From NCBI GenBank assembly GCA_035529595.1, contig DATKWK010000017.1, positions 314,961 through 378,960 on the forward strand: 64,000 nucleotides of DNA, given 5' to 3'. The notes under the pieces are model-generated. The model was not told the origin of the DNA. It saw only the letters and a program-made list of their open reading frames with translations, and searched no databases. Each line of letters opens with the position of its first letter. Within the stretch, counting starts at the first letter, position 1. The DNA comes from Candidatus Bathyarchaeia archaeon. Its GTDB lineage: Bacteria > Patescibacteriota > Microgenomatia > PFEM01 > JAFGMK01. The position numbers were made by a program, and so were the translations under genes. Positions 19,463 to 28,586 of the stretch are shown in pieces.

Positions 19463-19478
19463 GTGAACGATTGTTCAC
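19463..19478 (-). promoter_or_regulatory. Cheo-type SOS box GTGAAC-AATC-GTTCAC
   Basis: Perfect palindrome matching GAAC-N4-GTTC, 15 nt upstream of the lexA ATG. Flanked by TTGACA and TACAAT, which ends 2 nt before the ATG (leaderless). Confidence 0.6.
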
Positions 19479-19525
19479 TTGTCAAGAGGTTATTTACTGA
19501 AAAAAATCTATTTTTCGTTTAGGAG

Positions 19526-20023
19526 TTAAATTCTGCCTTGGTTTAGGATAGAAAGTAAGGTTCTTTGAATAGTGATTTGCTCTTCTTCCGTTGGTTGTTT
19601 TTCATTGGCTGCTTGGCCGTAAAGAATTATCTTAGTATATAAATTATCTGCGCCGCCTGGAAAACCCTTATCTTCATAAGTAAACTTTCCCAATTTAGTT
19701 GTGAATTCCTTCAGTTGATTAAATAATTCGGTCTCGACTTGGAAATCTTTCTGTTTTCCGGTAACATCGTCTAGATTTGAGGCGGTTCCGTTGCTGTAAA
19801 TAACCAGGTGGTCACGAAAACCAGCGAATCCGCCAACGGAATGATATTCGGCTAACTTGCTAATTTGAGGCGTAGGGGGAGTCGGTAAGGGTAGTCTGGT
19901 AGACTTTCGATATACAAATAGAGTAATAAATCCACCGATCAATAAAATTAAACCTATAATGATAGCCGCTAAACGTTTCTTTATTGTTCGCTCCTGAAAC
20001 GAAACTTTATTAGATGATAGCAC
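19526..20023 (-). CDS. membrane-anchored hypothetical protein
   Basis: 165 aa with an N-terminal TM helix then a Pro-rich linker. Confidence 0.35.
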   Translation of the reverse strand: MLSSNKVSFQERTIKKRLAAIIIGLILLIGGFITLFVYRKSTRLPLPTPPTPQISKLAEYHSVGGFAGFRDHLVIYSNGTASNLDDVTGKQKDFQVETELFNQLKEFTTKLGKFTYEDKGFPGGADNLYTKIILYGQAANEKQPTEEEQITIQRTLLSILNQGRI

Positions 20024-20086
20024 AAACTATTTAGTATTAAAACGTAAAGAAATGAAACATCTTCGTAGGTGATATAATTTGGAATT

Positions 20087-20485
20087 ATGATCGACCTTTT
20101 AGAACAAGAAGAGTTTTGTGGAGAACCGCCTTCATTAAGGGAATTAGGCCTAGAGAGACTTGGGATTGCTGATGGTATATTAAAAGTTGATCTTCGTGAT
20201 CCAGAAAGTGGTGCCGAATATACTGTTTCTTCATTGTTAATTGAACCCCGGGAAATGAAAGCTGGCAGAGATAAATATGTAACAATTGGCCTATGGGAAA
20301 ATAAGAACGGAGAAGAGCTTCCAGTTGGTCAAGTTAGTTTTTGTTTACCAACAGCAGCTAAACTTGCTACCTGTGATAGGTCATCGTTTTTTTTGATGAA
20401 GGATAGCGTCCCTCTTCCGGATAGATTTGACAGACTAAGACAAGCCCTCAAAACGGCTTACGGAAAAGATGACGCTAGGGCGTAA
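20087..20485 (+). CDS. hypothetical protein
   Basis: 132-aa ORF. The next ORF begins 6 nt later in another frame. Confidence 0.3.
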   Translation: MIDLLEQEEFCGEPPSLRELGLERLGIADGILKVDLRDPESGAEYTVSSLLIEPREMKAGRDKYVTIGLWENKNGEELPVGQVSFCLPTAAKLATCDRSSFFLMKDSVPLPDRFDRLRQALKTAYGKDDARA

Positions 20486-20490
20486 ATATT

Positions 20491-20835
20491 TTGCATTTAT
20501 ATCAAAGAAAAGGATTAGGTAAATTGTTATGGGCATTAGGCTTGGGAACTTTAGAATTAATGGGGTATAAAGCTTGTAGAATTTTCCAGGATGAGACTGT
20601 CATGGCAAATAGAATTTATGGATATAAAAGAGGAGAAAATGGGGAATATACTGATCGGGTAGAAAGTTTCTATGAAAGATATGGAGCAGAATTACAAAAC
20701 TTTCCTATGAAACGTATTAGATATGGTACTAAGCAAACAGAGGTTGTTGATCATTATGATCCAGTAGCTCTAACTCACTTAACCGCTGAACAAGAAGCAA
20801 TAATTACAAGATTTATTAAAAAAAACAATAAATAA
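20491..20835 (+). CDS. hypothetical protein with GNAT motif-A-like segment
   Basis: TTG start. LYQRKGLGKLL resembles the acetyl-CoA-binding Q/RxxGxG motif of GNATs. Confidence 0.3.
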   Translation: MHLYQRKGLGKLLWALGLGTLELMGYKACRIFQDETVMANRIYGYKRGENGEYTDRVESFYERYGAELQNFPMKRIRYGTKQTEVVDHYDPVALTHLTAEQEAIITRFIKKNNK

Positions 20836-20979
20836 TATTTATTTTTGCCGGGACTAGTAAACTATATTAGAGCTTAGTTCATGGGAAAGGGTTCTGACTT
20901 AAGCCTTTTAATTGCTTGCTTTCAAACTTTGTTATAATTGCAGTTACTTGAACAAAACAAAAAATAGTTTTTTAAAGTG

Positions 20980-21558
20980 ATGGCAAGAAGGCCGCTTTCT
21001 AAACAACCGATTCCTGAAAATGCCAAAAGGGTTTTCCAGGGTAAAATCTTTGCTGTTTATCAATGGGAACAAAAACTTTTTGACGGTACAAAAACAATTT
21101 TTGAGAAAATAAAAAGGCCAGACACGGTAAATGTTTTTCCGGTGACCAATAAAGGGAAAATTATTTTGTCCAAGCAAAGACAACCAGGTGATCAGCCTTT
21201 TGTCGGTTGCTTGGGCGGAAGAATAGACAAAAACGAGACTCCTTTGCAGGCAGCTAAAAGAGAGCTTTTAGAAGAAGGCGGTTTTAAGGCTAAAAAGTTT
21301 ATTCTTTGGGAAGCATCCCATCTTTTGGAAAAGATTGATTGGGTGATCTACAACTTTATTGCTAAAGATTTAATAAAGGTTGATAAAACCATTACTGATC
21401 CGGGTGAAAAGATTGAACTTTTTTCAGTTACCTTTGATCAATTTTTAAAAATTATCACTCAGGACAACTTTAGAGACATTGAAATTGCCTTAAAACTTCT
21501 TAAAATAAAAGAAAACCCAAATGAGCTTGAGAAAGTACGTCAGTTTTTTGAGGGGTAA
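20980..21558 (+). CDS. NUDIX hydrolase (ADP-ribose pyrophosphatase-like)
   Basis: Nudix box GRIDKNETPLQAAKRELLEEGGF. Confidence 0.65.
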   Translation: MARRPLSKQPIPENAKRVFQGKIFAVYQWEQKLFDGTKTIFEKIKRPDTVNVFPVTNKGKIILSKQRQPGDQPFVGCLGGRIDKNETPLQAAKRELLEEGGFKAKKFILWEASHLLEKIDWVIYNFIAKDLIKVDKTITDPGEKIELFSVTFDQFLKIITQDNFRDIEIALKLLKIKENPNELEKVRQFFEG

Positions 21559-21651
21559 ATATTTGAAGAATAAATATTGTTTATACTCAAAAACAAATTT
21601 CTTTCTTGATACTATGATTTGTGTCATGATATCAAATAATAAGCGGAATCA

Positions 21652-22134
21652 ATGATGCTAATTAAAATAAAAAAACCAAAATTAGAAGATCTATCTGAAA
21701 TAATTGAACTATGGAAAAAACAATATGCTTTTCATTATGATTTGGATTCCAAATATTACGTATCTAATTCTCCTTCGTTAACAAAAAAATTCAGAAGATA
21801 TCTTAAAAAAGCGATCGTTAAATCTCAGCCAAATATCTTGGTTGCTCAGGTCAAAGAAGAAATTATCGGTTTTATTACTTTCAGTGTGGATTCTGATGAT
21901 TATCTTGATGCCAGGATTAAAAAATTTGGTCATATAATAGAACTTTTTGTCACTGAAGAATACCGACAACAAGGTGTAGGAAAAAAACTTTCACAGGCGA
22001 CGGAAAATTATTTTTCCCGAGCGGGTATAAAATATCTTATAGTGCAATCATCTTCTTTTAATAAACTGGCAATCAATTTCTATCGGCAAATTGGTTTTGT
22101 TAATCGCCAAGTTTTGTTTTTTAAAAAGATTTAA
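21652..22134 (+). CDS. GNAT family N-acetyltransferase
   Basis: ELFVTEEYRQQGVGKKL motif A and C-terminal FYRQIGF. Confidence 0.75.
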   Translation: MMLIKIKKPKLEDLSEIIELWKKQYAFHYDLDSKYYVSNSPSLTKKFRRYLKKAIVKSQPNILVAQVKEEIIGFITFSVDSDDYLDARIKKFGHIIELFVTEEYRQQGVGKKLSQATENYFSRAGIKYLIVQSSSFNKLAINFYRQIGFVNRQVLFFKKI

Positions 22135-22136
22135 GG

Positions 22137-22907
22137 ATGTCAAAAAAACCGAAAATAATCAGATGCTATCTGGGTTATAAAGAAAAGCTTGATCAGTTAA
22201 GTTTTGAATATGATCCCCAGGGCTTAAGGCCGAGTTGGATTCATATTAAGGATCCCAAATTTAAGGCTCGGTTTTTCTCCATAATGACAAAAACCGATTC
22301 CGAAGTGCTTTACAAAAGGTTCACCGGAAATTTCTACTATCCGGTTGACTTGAAAATCAATGAAAAAGAAATAAAGCGTTTTTACCAGAAGTTCGCCTCT
22401 GTTTATGATCAAAACACCGCCAGGAACAATCAACCGATGGCTGAGTTTTTACTTACAAAAATTAAAAAACTTAAAGTCAGCCGCAAGGCAAAAGTACTTG
22501 ATCTTGGCGCCGGCACTGGGATATTTAGCGATTTGGCCTCTCAAAATGGATCTACTGATTTGACTCTTTTGGACAATTCCGAGGCCATGCTTGATATTGC
22601 CCGAACGAAGTCTTCACTTGAAAGAGCAAAATTTATTTTGGGTGATATTCGTGAACAAAAATTTAATCAGACTTTTGACTTGATTGTTAGCATCATGATG
22701 TTTGATGTAATTGACGATAGAGAACTTCCCAAAATACTTGAAAATTTAAAGAAACATCTTGAAAAAGGCGGTTATATTTTACTGATTGAAGATAAACAGA
22801 GAGCTGTTTATAAAAAATATTTTAGGACAATTGAAGAAGGTATCTTTTATATCTCCAAAAAAGATAATTTTACCAAATACTGTTTCATCGGGGGAAAAAC
22901 GGATTAA
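22137..22907 (+). CDS. class I SAM-dependent methyltransferase
   Basis: Motif I VLDLGAGTGIFS, acidic motif II, and post-I LIEDK. Confidence 0.7.
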   Translation: MSKKPKIIRCYLGYKEKLDQLSFEYDPQGLRPSWIHIKDPKFKARFFSIMTKTDSEVLYKRFTGNFYYPVDLKINEKEIKRFYQKFASVYDQNTARNNQPMAEFLLTKIKKLKVSRKAKVLDLGAGTGIFSDLASQNGSTDLTLLDNSEAMLDIARTKSSLERAKFILGDIREQKFNQTFDLIVSIMMFDVIDDRELPKILENLKKHLEKGGYILLIEDKQRAVYKKYFRTIEEGIFYISKKDNFTKYCFIGGKTD

Positions 22908-22908
22908 G

Positions 22909-24015
22909 TTATTTTTTCTCTTCTTGTAATTTCTCCATCAAAATCGAATAGAAGCGAAGGTTGTGGATTGTTGCCAGTCTGGCAGCGGTTATTTCCTTGA
23001 TTCGAAAAAGATGAGCCAGATAAGCCCGGGAGTAATTTCGGCAGAGCAGGCAATCGCAAGCGCGGCTGACCCGTTGGTCATCTTGGAAATATTTTTCTTT
23101 ATCTGGCGTAAAGAAAGAGTAAAATTTTGGGTTTCTGATGTTTATTTTCTCAATCGAGTCAGCTTCATAGACATAGAGCCGTCGGTGGCGCGCGTCCCGG
23201 GTTGGCAAAACACAATCGAAGATATGGAAACCTAAATCAACACAGCCGACAATTTCTTCTGGTTTCCCGACACCCAGGCCGTACAAAAAATAACCCTTTG
23301 GGGAATTATCGGCGATCGTTTCGGCAACAGGGTAGTTAAATTCCCCTGTTTGGGTAATCGGCCAACCGCCATAACCGAAGCCGTCAAAACCAATTTCCGC
23401 CAATCGCTGTGTACATTCTTTTCTTAAATCAAGATAGTCTCCTCCTTGAACTACGGCTAAAAGGTAGGGGCGATTATTTCCCGTTAGCCCCTTTTTTTGG
23501 CAACACTTCAAAAATTCCTGTTTTGATCGCTTGGCCCAGATAATTGTCCGCTCAACAGTTTCATTGGCTTCTTGGTGACTTGCTTTAGGTGGGGTGAAAT
23601 CGTCAAGAACAACCAGCATATCCGGATCGAGTGTCATTTGGAAGCGGATCGATTTTTCGGGTGTAAAAAGGATTTTTTTATCTCCTTGCGGATGGAAAAT
23701 TGCCCCTTTGTCGGTAACATTTCCCCTCTTACCCCCCTTTTTGGCCAAAGTCATGACTTGAAAGCCGCCGGAGTCGGAAATTACCGCTCCTTTCCAGGAC
23801 ATAAAGCCGCGAATACCTTGGTGTTTTTTGATCACTTTAGGGCCAAGATTACGGTAAAGATGATAAGTATTGACTAAGATACCCGGTGTCTTGGTTTCTT
23901 CGATATCGCGCGAATCCAGGGTCTTGATTACTGCCTGGGTCGCATCAGGGAAAAAAACGGGCAAAGGCATTTTCCGGTCGCGGCTTTTAAAAAAAATTCT
24001 TTCTTGATTCTCCAT
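22909..24015 (-). CDS. tgt: queuine tRNA-ribosyltransferase
   Basis: MPLPVFFPDAT, DSGGFQ, and C-terminal zinc site CDCLLC...H. Start refined to MENQERI at 24015, since the longer ORF adds an atypical N-terminal extension. Confidence 0.85.
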   Translation of the reverse strand: MENQERIFFKSRDRKMPLPVFFPDATQAVIKTLDSRDIEETKTPGILVNTYHLYRNLGPKVIKKHQGIRGFMSWKGAVISDSGGFQVMTLAKKGGKRGNVTDKGAIFHPQGDKKILFTPEKSIRFQMTLDPDMLVVLDDFTPPKASHQEANETVERTIIWAKRSKQEFLKCCQKKGLTGNNRPYLLAVVQGGDYLDLRKECTQRLAEIGFDGFGYGGWPITQTGEFNYPVAETIADNSPKGYFLYGLGVGKPEEIVGCVDLGFHIFDCVLPTRDARHRRLYVYEADSIEKINIRNPKFYSFFTPDKEKYFQDDQRVSRACDCLLCRNYSRAYLAHLFRIKEITAARLATIHNLRFYSILMEKLQEEKK

Positions 24016-24108
24016 AAGGATATTATAATAAAACACTGGATGTAATCCAAGGATTTTACAATGATAGCTTTTTTTGACTAATATTGTTAAAATAGTTGCT
24101 GGGTAACA

Positions 24109-24423
24109 ATGGTTGAAAACGAAACACCAATTCCAGAAACCGGCAGACAGGCTTCTTTGCAGGTTCATAATGCCTGGAGAGCAGAACGGTTTTTTGCTGC
24201 TTCGGCGGCTGCAAGTATTGGCTTGGCCGGTGAGGGTATGCTAACGATAATCTGTGACCAGATGTTTACCGATATGGCCAGAAATGTTATTTCCGGTGTT
24301 GAAATTACCCACACGGGAGGCTGGATCGGAATGGGATTATATGTTATGAGTTTATTGGCTGGTAGCACTGCTTTGGCGGCGGCGCTTTATCTTCATGGGA
24401 AAGAAAGTAGGCAAACTCGATGA
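24109..24423 (+). CDS. small hydrophobic protein, hypothetical
   Basis: 104-aa Ala/Gly-rich ORF. Weak support only. Confidence 0.25.
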   Translation: MVENETPIPETGRQASLQVHNAWRAERFFAASAAASIGLAGEGMLTIICDQMFTDMARNVISGVEITHTGGWIGMGLYVMSLLAGSTALAAALYLHGKESRQTR

Positions 24424-24800
24424 AGTTATCACTTCCTAACCTTAACCAATTTTTTGATGAAGTCGATCCGGAAAAGACGATTGACCGGGCAAAAGCCCTA
24501 ACCGATATCAGTTTAGTGGTAATTTTACAGGCCTTAGTTGAGGTTCGGGGAAAATTATCAGAGAATAGAAAAGCCGAGCTGGATCAGATTCTCCAGAATG
24601 ATAAGGGTTTGGATATGGACAAAATTTATACTTGGTTTAAGCGGATCAGGAAAAGAAAAGATCTTTTTACTGCCATAAATAATCAGATTGAAAAAGTCAG
24701 GATTGATTATATGCAAACTCATTTAAAAGCCATGCCGGCAGAAAAGAGAAAAAAGGTGATTGACCGGTTTCCTGCCCTAGAAAGTTTTGCCTCAGTTTAA
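24420..24800 (+). CDS. hypothetical protein
   Basis: 126-aa helical, charged ORF. Its ATG overlaps the upstream stop. Confidence 0.35.
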   Translation: MKLSLPNLNQFFDEVDPEKTIDRAKALTDISLVVILQALVEVRGKLSENRKAELDQILQNDKGLDMDKIYTWFKRIRKRKDLFTAINNQIEKVRIDYMQTHLKAMPAEKRKKVIDRFPALESFASV

Positions 24801-24869
24801 AATATTTTTCTTCTCTCTGATGAAATTAAAAGTTAAAGATCTGACAGAAATCAGTATTTTTTTAACTTA

Positions 24870-25688
24870 ATGAGAGGTATTACCCAAGATTTCTCAATCA
24901 AAGAAGTAGGCCAAGTCTTAGATCGCTTTTGCTGCGAATTTTGGTTTGCCCCAGCCGATAGTTTCCTAAGAGCTGCCGAAGCTTTATTGTGGTCCAGGCA
25001 AAAATTGACACGTCCGATTTTGGATATCGGTTGCGGCGACGGCCGATACAGTCGGTTATTGCTCCAGCACCAGCCTGAAATTGACATCGGTCTGGATATA
25101 AATGCCCAAGAAGTCGAGATTGCCAAAACCAGCGGTTTATACCGTCAAGTTGTCGTTGCCGATGCCGTTAAAATGCCCCTTGATGATAATTTTTTTGCCA
25201 CGGTTATCAGTAATTGCACCTTTGAGCATATTAAAGATGATCTGAAAGCGGTAAAGGAGGTTTCGCGAGTCTTGAAAGCGGGCGGGATTTTTTTGTTCAC
25301 CGTTCCTGCAGAAAGGTTATCGAAAAATCTGCAAGAAATTATCGGCAATGATTTAAAGTTTACCTTGTTTAATCAAAGAGTCAGTCATTTTCACTACCGG
25401 AGTCTATCTGAGTGGCAAAAAATCCTGAAGCAAAATCACCTAAAAGTAATCAGCCATCAGTCTTATTTGTCCCAAAAAGCGCTTATTTTTTGGTATCGTC
25501 TTTTCCGGTTAGCGACCTTAAAACTCCGGGGCCGTGAACTTTGGTCGTATCTGAAAGATTCGCGGTACGGCCGGTTATTACCTAGTGAATTGATTGGTCT
25601 TTGGGAAACTAAGTATCTAACTCGTTATTATCAGGAAATGTTTTCCAAAGATGGCAACTGGCTTTTTATCATTGCCAAAAAAAACTAA
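24870..25688 (+). CDS. class I SAM-dependent methyltransferase
   Basis: ILDIGCGDGRYS motif I and VLKAGGIFLFTVP. Confidence 0.7.
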   Translation: MRGITQDFSIKEVGQVLDRFCCEFWFAPADSFLRAAEALLWSRQKLTRPILDIGCGDGRYSRLLLQHQPEIDIGLDINAQEVEIAKTSGLYRQVVVADAVKMPLDDNFFATVISNCTFEHIKDDLKAVKEVSRVLKAGGIFLFTVPAERLSKNLQEIIGNDLKFTLFNQRVSHFHYRSLSEWQKILKQNHLKVISHQSYLSQKALIFWYRLFRLATLKLRGRELWSYLKDSRYGRLLPSELIGLWETKYLTRYYQEMFSKDGNWLFIIAKKN

Positions 25689-26789
25689 ATGAAAATTGCC
25701 GTTTTTCACAATCTGCCGCCTGGTGGCGCCAAAAGAGTTTTATACGAAGAAATTAGATTGCTAACCGTAAAAAACGAACTTCATCTTTTTGAATTGGAAT
25801 TAACCGATGAAAGTTTCTTGGATGTCAGGCCTTTCTGTGAAAAAATCTACTCCTTTCCTTTTGAAATAAATTCCTGCCTGCCTGGTTTTCTGGCGCGTTT
25901 AGAGAAGGATTACCGGAATTTTGTCTCTCTGGCAGCGCTTCATAAAAAAATTGCCAGGCAAATCGATCAAGGGAAATTTAATTTCTGCTTAGTTCATCCT
26001 GATCAGCTGACCCAAGCCCCTTTTTTATTAAAATTTTTAATCACCCCGTCGATTTATTTTTGCCAGGAACTGTTACGGATTGTCTATGAGAAAGAATTAG
26101 CTTTTGAAAAAACCGGAAATCGATTTAAAAATAGTTATGAAGAATTGACCAGGGGAATCAGAAAAAACATTGATAAAAATAACGCCTCTTCAGCAACCAG
26201 AATATTAACGTCTTCAAGGTATATCCAAGAAAAAGTAAAAAAAGCTTACAAGAAGAAAGCCGAGGTTTGTTCTTTGGGAGTTGATACCGGTCTTTTTAAG
26301 CCTTATCCGGTTAAAAGTAAAGATCAGGTTTTATTTATCGGCGGCAATGATAAAATCAGCGGTTTTGATTTTGCCCAAAATGTTTTCAGGTTAGCTGCCC
26401 TGCCGGGACTGCGGTTTAAACGGATTATTTTTTCCAAAGATTTTCGCGATCAAGATTTAGTCAAGGAATACTCCCGGAGTCTGGTAACTTTATGTACCGG
26501 TGTAAATGAGCCTTTTGGTTTAGTTGCCTTAGAGTCAATGGCTTGCCGGACACCGGTTTTGGCCGTTAACGAAGGCGGTTACCGGGAGACTGTTATTAAT
26601 GGAAAGACAGGTTTTTTACACAATAGAGACCCGGGAGAATTCGCTCAAAAAATCAAACTATTTGCCCGAAACCCTTCATTGGTTAGAAAAATAGGATTTG
26701 AAGGCCGGAAACAGGTAATCAAAAAATGGACTTGGCAAAATCATGTCCAGCGCCTGACTTCGTTAATGAAAAAGTTTGATTCTGAATAA
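25689..26789 (+). CDS. glycosyltransferase family 4
   Basis: C-terminal GT-B signature EPFGLVALESMACRTPVLAVNEGGYRETV...GFL. Confidence 0.8.
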   Translation: MKIAVFHNLPPGGAKRVLYEEIRLLTVKNELHLFELELTDESFLDVRPFCEKIYSFPFEINSCLPGFLARLEKDYRNFVSLAALHKKIARQIDQGKFNFCLVHPDQLTQAPFLLKFLITPSIYFCQELLRIVYEKELAFEKTGNRFKNSYEELTRGIRKNIDKNNASSATRILTSSRYIQEKVKKAYKKKAEVCSLGVDTGLFKPYPVKSKDQVLFIGGNDKISGFDFAQNVFRLAALPGLRFKRIIFSKDFRDQDLVKEYSRSLVTLCTGVNEPFGLVALESMACRTPVLAVNEGGYRETVINGKTGFLHNRDPGEFAQKIKLFARNPSLVRKIGFEGRKQVIKKWTWQNHVQRLTSLMKKFDSE

Positions 26790-26798
26790 GGGGGATTT

Positions 26799-27512
26799 TC
26801 ACTTCCTTCCTGTTTCTAACTTTCTTTTCGTTTCCCTGAGAGCGATTTTTGGCAGGGATTCTTGATTTTCCTCGAGGTAAGCGGTTACTTCAGCCCGAAA
26901 ATACTTAATCATACTTCTCAGCAGCCAGGAGATAGCTTTAGTGATCAGGATACTTTCTCCGGCTTTTAAATTGTCAATAACCGAGAAAGCCAGTTGGCTA
27001 AATCTTTCATCAGTTGATTGCCGGACTGGAGCAGTTAATAAAACCAGACTGGCTCTTTGTTTATTCGGATTTTCATCTTTTGCCAATTTAATGATCGTTC
27101 TTTTTCACGCTGGCCAATTACTAAGCATGTCTTGGGCTGAGAAAACAGATTGGCAGATCGAATCCACCTGTGACCAGCCACTTAAGTTATCCAACCAGCT
27201 ATCCAGACAGCCAGGACTAATCTTAGCCATCAATTTGGGGTAGCGTTGAAGCAGCATCCCGGCAAAACATTTTTCAGTGCTGTAAAAACCTCTATTTGAG
27301 AGATTAATAAGTAATAGTAGTTTGCTTAAACCTAAATCTTGGTACTTAGAAGCAAACTCCCGGGCAATTTTTCTCATCATCGGATTAGGAATATTCAACG
27401 AAGGACTGCTGCCCCCGCCATAGTCAGAGCCAAAAAATTTACTGGGACTGCCTCGATTTGATTTTAATTGGTCAAGAATTTCTCGGTAATATTTTTCCAC
27501 GATTTGTTTCAT
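26799..27512 (-). pseudogene. AlkD-like DNA alkylation repair paralog interrupted by an in-frame TGA
   Basis: ORFs 27105-27512 and 26799-27086 are in the same frame, separated by one TGA (27105-27107). Both halves align with the N- and C-halves of the 2862-3599 protein, for example ITKAISWLLRSM against IRKAIGWTLREM. Confidence 0.55.
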
Positions 27513-27790
27513 TTATTACTCACTACGGTTGGAGTTTGTAAGTGGTAAGCAGATTTTTGTTTTCCTTCCATATTTTAACCTAAACTGCCGTTTTTCACAA
27601 AGATTTCTGATCTTCTGGAGCTTTTTTGGCCCCAATCTGATGTTTTTTACCGCCGATTTAAAAGTTTCTTAATTCAAGTCAATATTATAAAATAATGATT
27701 AATTATTCAGCCGAAAACCCGTTTAGTAATTTTTAAGATCTCTCTATAGCGGGGAAGTGTTATCGTAGAAGAAAGAAAGACTAGTTTCGT

Positions 27791-28534
27791 ATGATAAAAT
27801 TCTCTTTAATGAAAAAATCACTAATTGGCGCCTCGATTATTTTTCTTGTTGCTGTTACTATTTTGGGATTGATACGCTTTGTGATCGGCGGACCGGAAGA
27901 TGATTGGCTTTGTGTTGACGGACAATGGGTAAAACACGGAAACCCACGCCATCTGGTGCCAAGAATCGGCTGTGGCGAAGCAGAGCCAGAGGAGCTGGCT
28001 AAGATTCCGCCCGCAGATGATGAACAACTAATCGGTGGGGATCAGGATGAGCATGGCTGTTTGATTGCTGCCGGTTATAGTTGGTGCGAGGTAAAACAAA
28101 AATGTTTACGCGAGTGGGAGGAGCCCTGTGAGCTGGAAGAAGTTTTTAATTTTTTCACCGCTCTTAAAGATAACGTTTTCATCAACTTTTCCGGTATCGG
28201 GATAATCGAGTTTAAATGGAATATTAAAGGGGAAAAAGTCGGCAAAGAAACAAAAATTAAGACTCTTAATTTGTCCGGGAAAGCGATTAGCGCTAGCGAA
28301 GTTTTGGAGGAAAAGATAAACGAAATTTGTGATTATTTTGAGAAAGAGGGTTTTGCGGTTAGCGTTTATAATATTGCTGCTGGAACCGTAACTGGTACCA
28401 TCGGTTATCAAAAAGATAATCTGGTTTGTTTGATTAGCAATGTCATGAGCGGTTTTGACTTTAGCGACCCCCAGGCTATTCCGACACCAAGCGGTAATGT
28501 TGATATTGAAGTCAGCTGCGGTCTCCTCGAGTAG
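27791..28534 (+). CDS. GGPED-motif secreted protein, long form (paralog 3 of 3) with extra Cys-rich and C-terminal domains
   Basis: TM helix, then GGPEDDWLCVDGQWVKHGNPRHLVPRIGCGE, then GGDQDEHGCLIAAGYSWCEVKQKCLREWEEPCE (DUF333-like Cys pattern), then a ~140-aa domain. Confidence 0.5.
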   Translation: MIKFSLMKKSLIGASIIFLVAVTILGLIRFVIGGPEDDWLCVDGQWVKHGNPRHLVPRIGCGEAEPEELAKIPPADDEQLIGGDQDEHGCLIAAGYSWCEVKQKCLREWEEPCELEEVFNFFTALKDNVFINFSGIGIIEFKWNIKGEKVGKETKIKTLNLSGKAISASEVLEEKINEICDYFEKEGFAVSVYNIAAGTVTGTIGYQKDNLVCLISNVMSGFDFSDPQAIPTPSGNVDIEVSCGLLE

Positions 28535-28586
28535 CTGTTTTCTGTCGCCTCTGGTTTATTATCGAGGTTAATGATCTTAGTTTCTT

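Noticed and set aside
22909-24168. Full-length 419-aa tgt ORF start
   Set aside because: The first 51 residues are Cys/Trp-rich and unlike Tgt N-termini. The internal Met at 24015 aligns with the usual start.
26799-27512. Possibility that UGA is a sense codon (code 25, as in some CPR lineages)
   Set aside because: metK and other intact genes terminate at TGA, and long ORFs of 700-770 aa are unbroken under the standard code. The single in-frame TGA is treated as a pseudogene or sequencing error.
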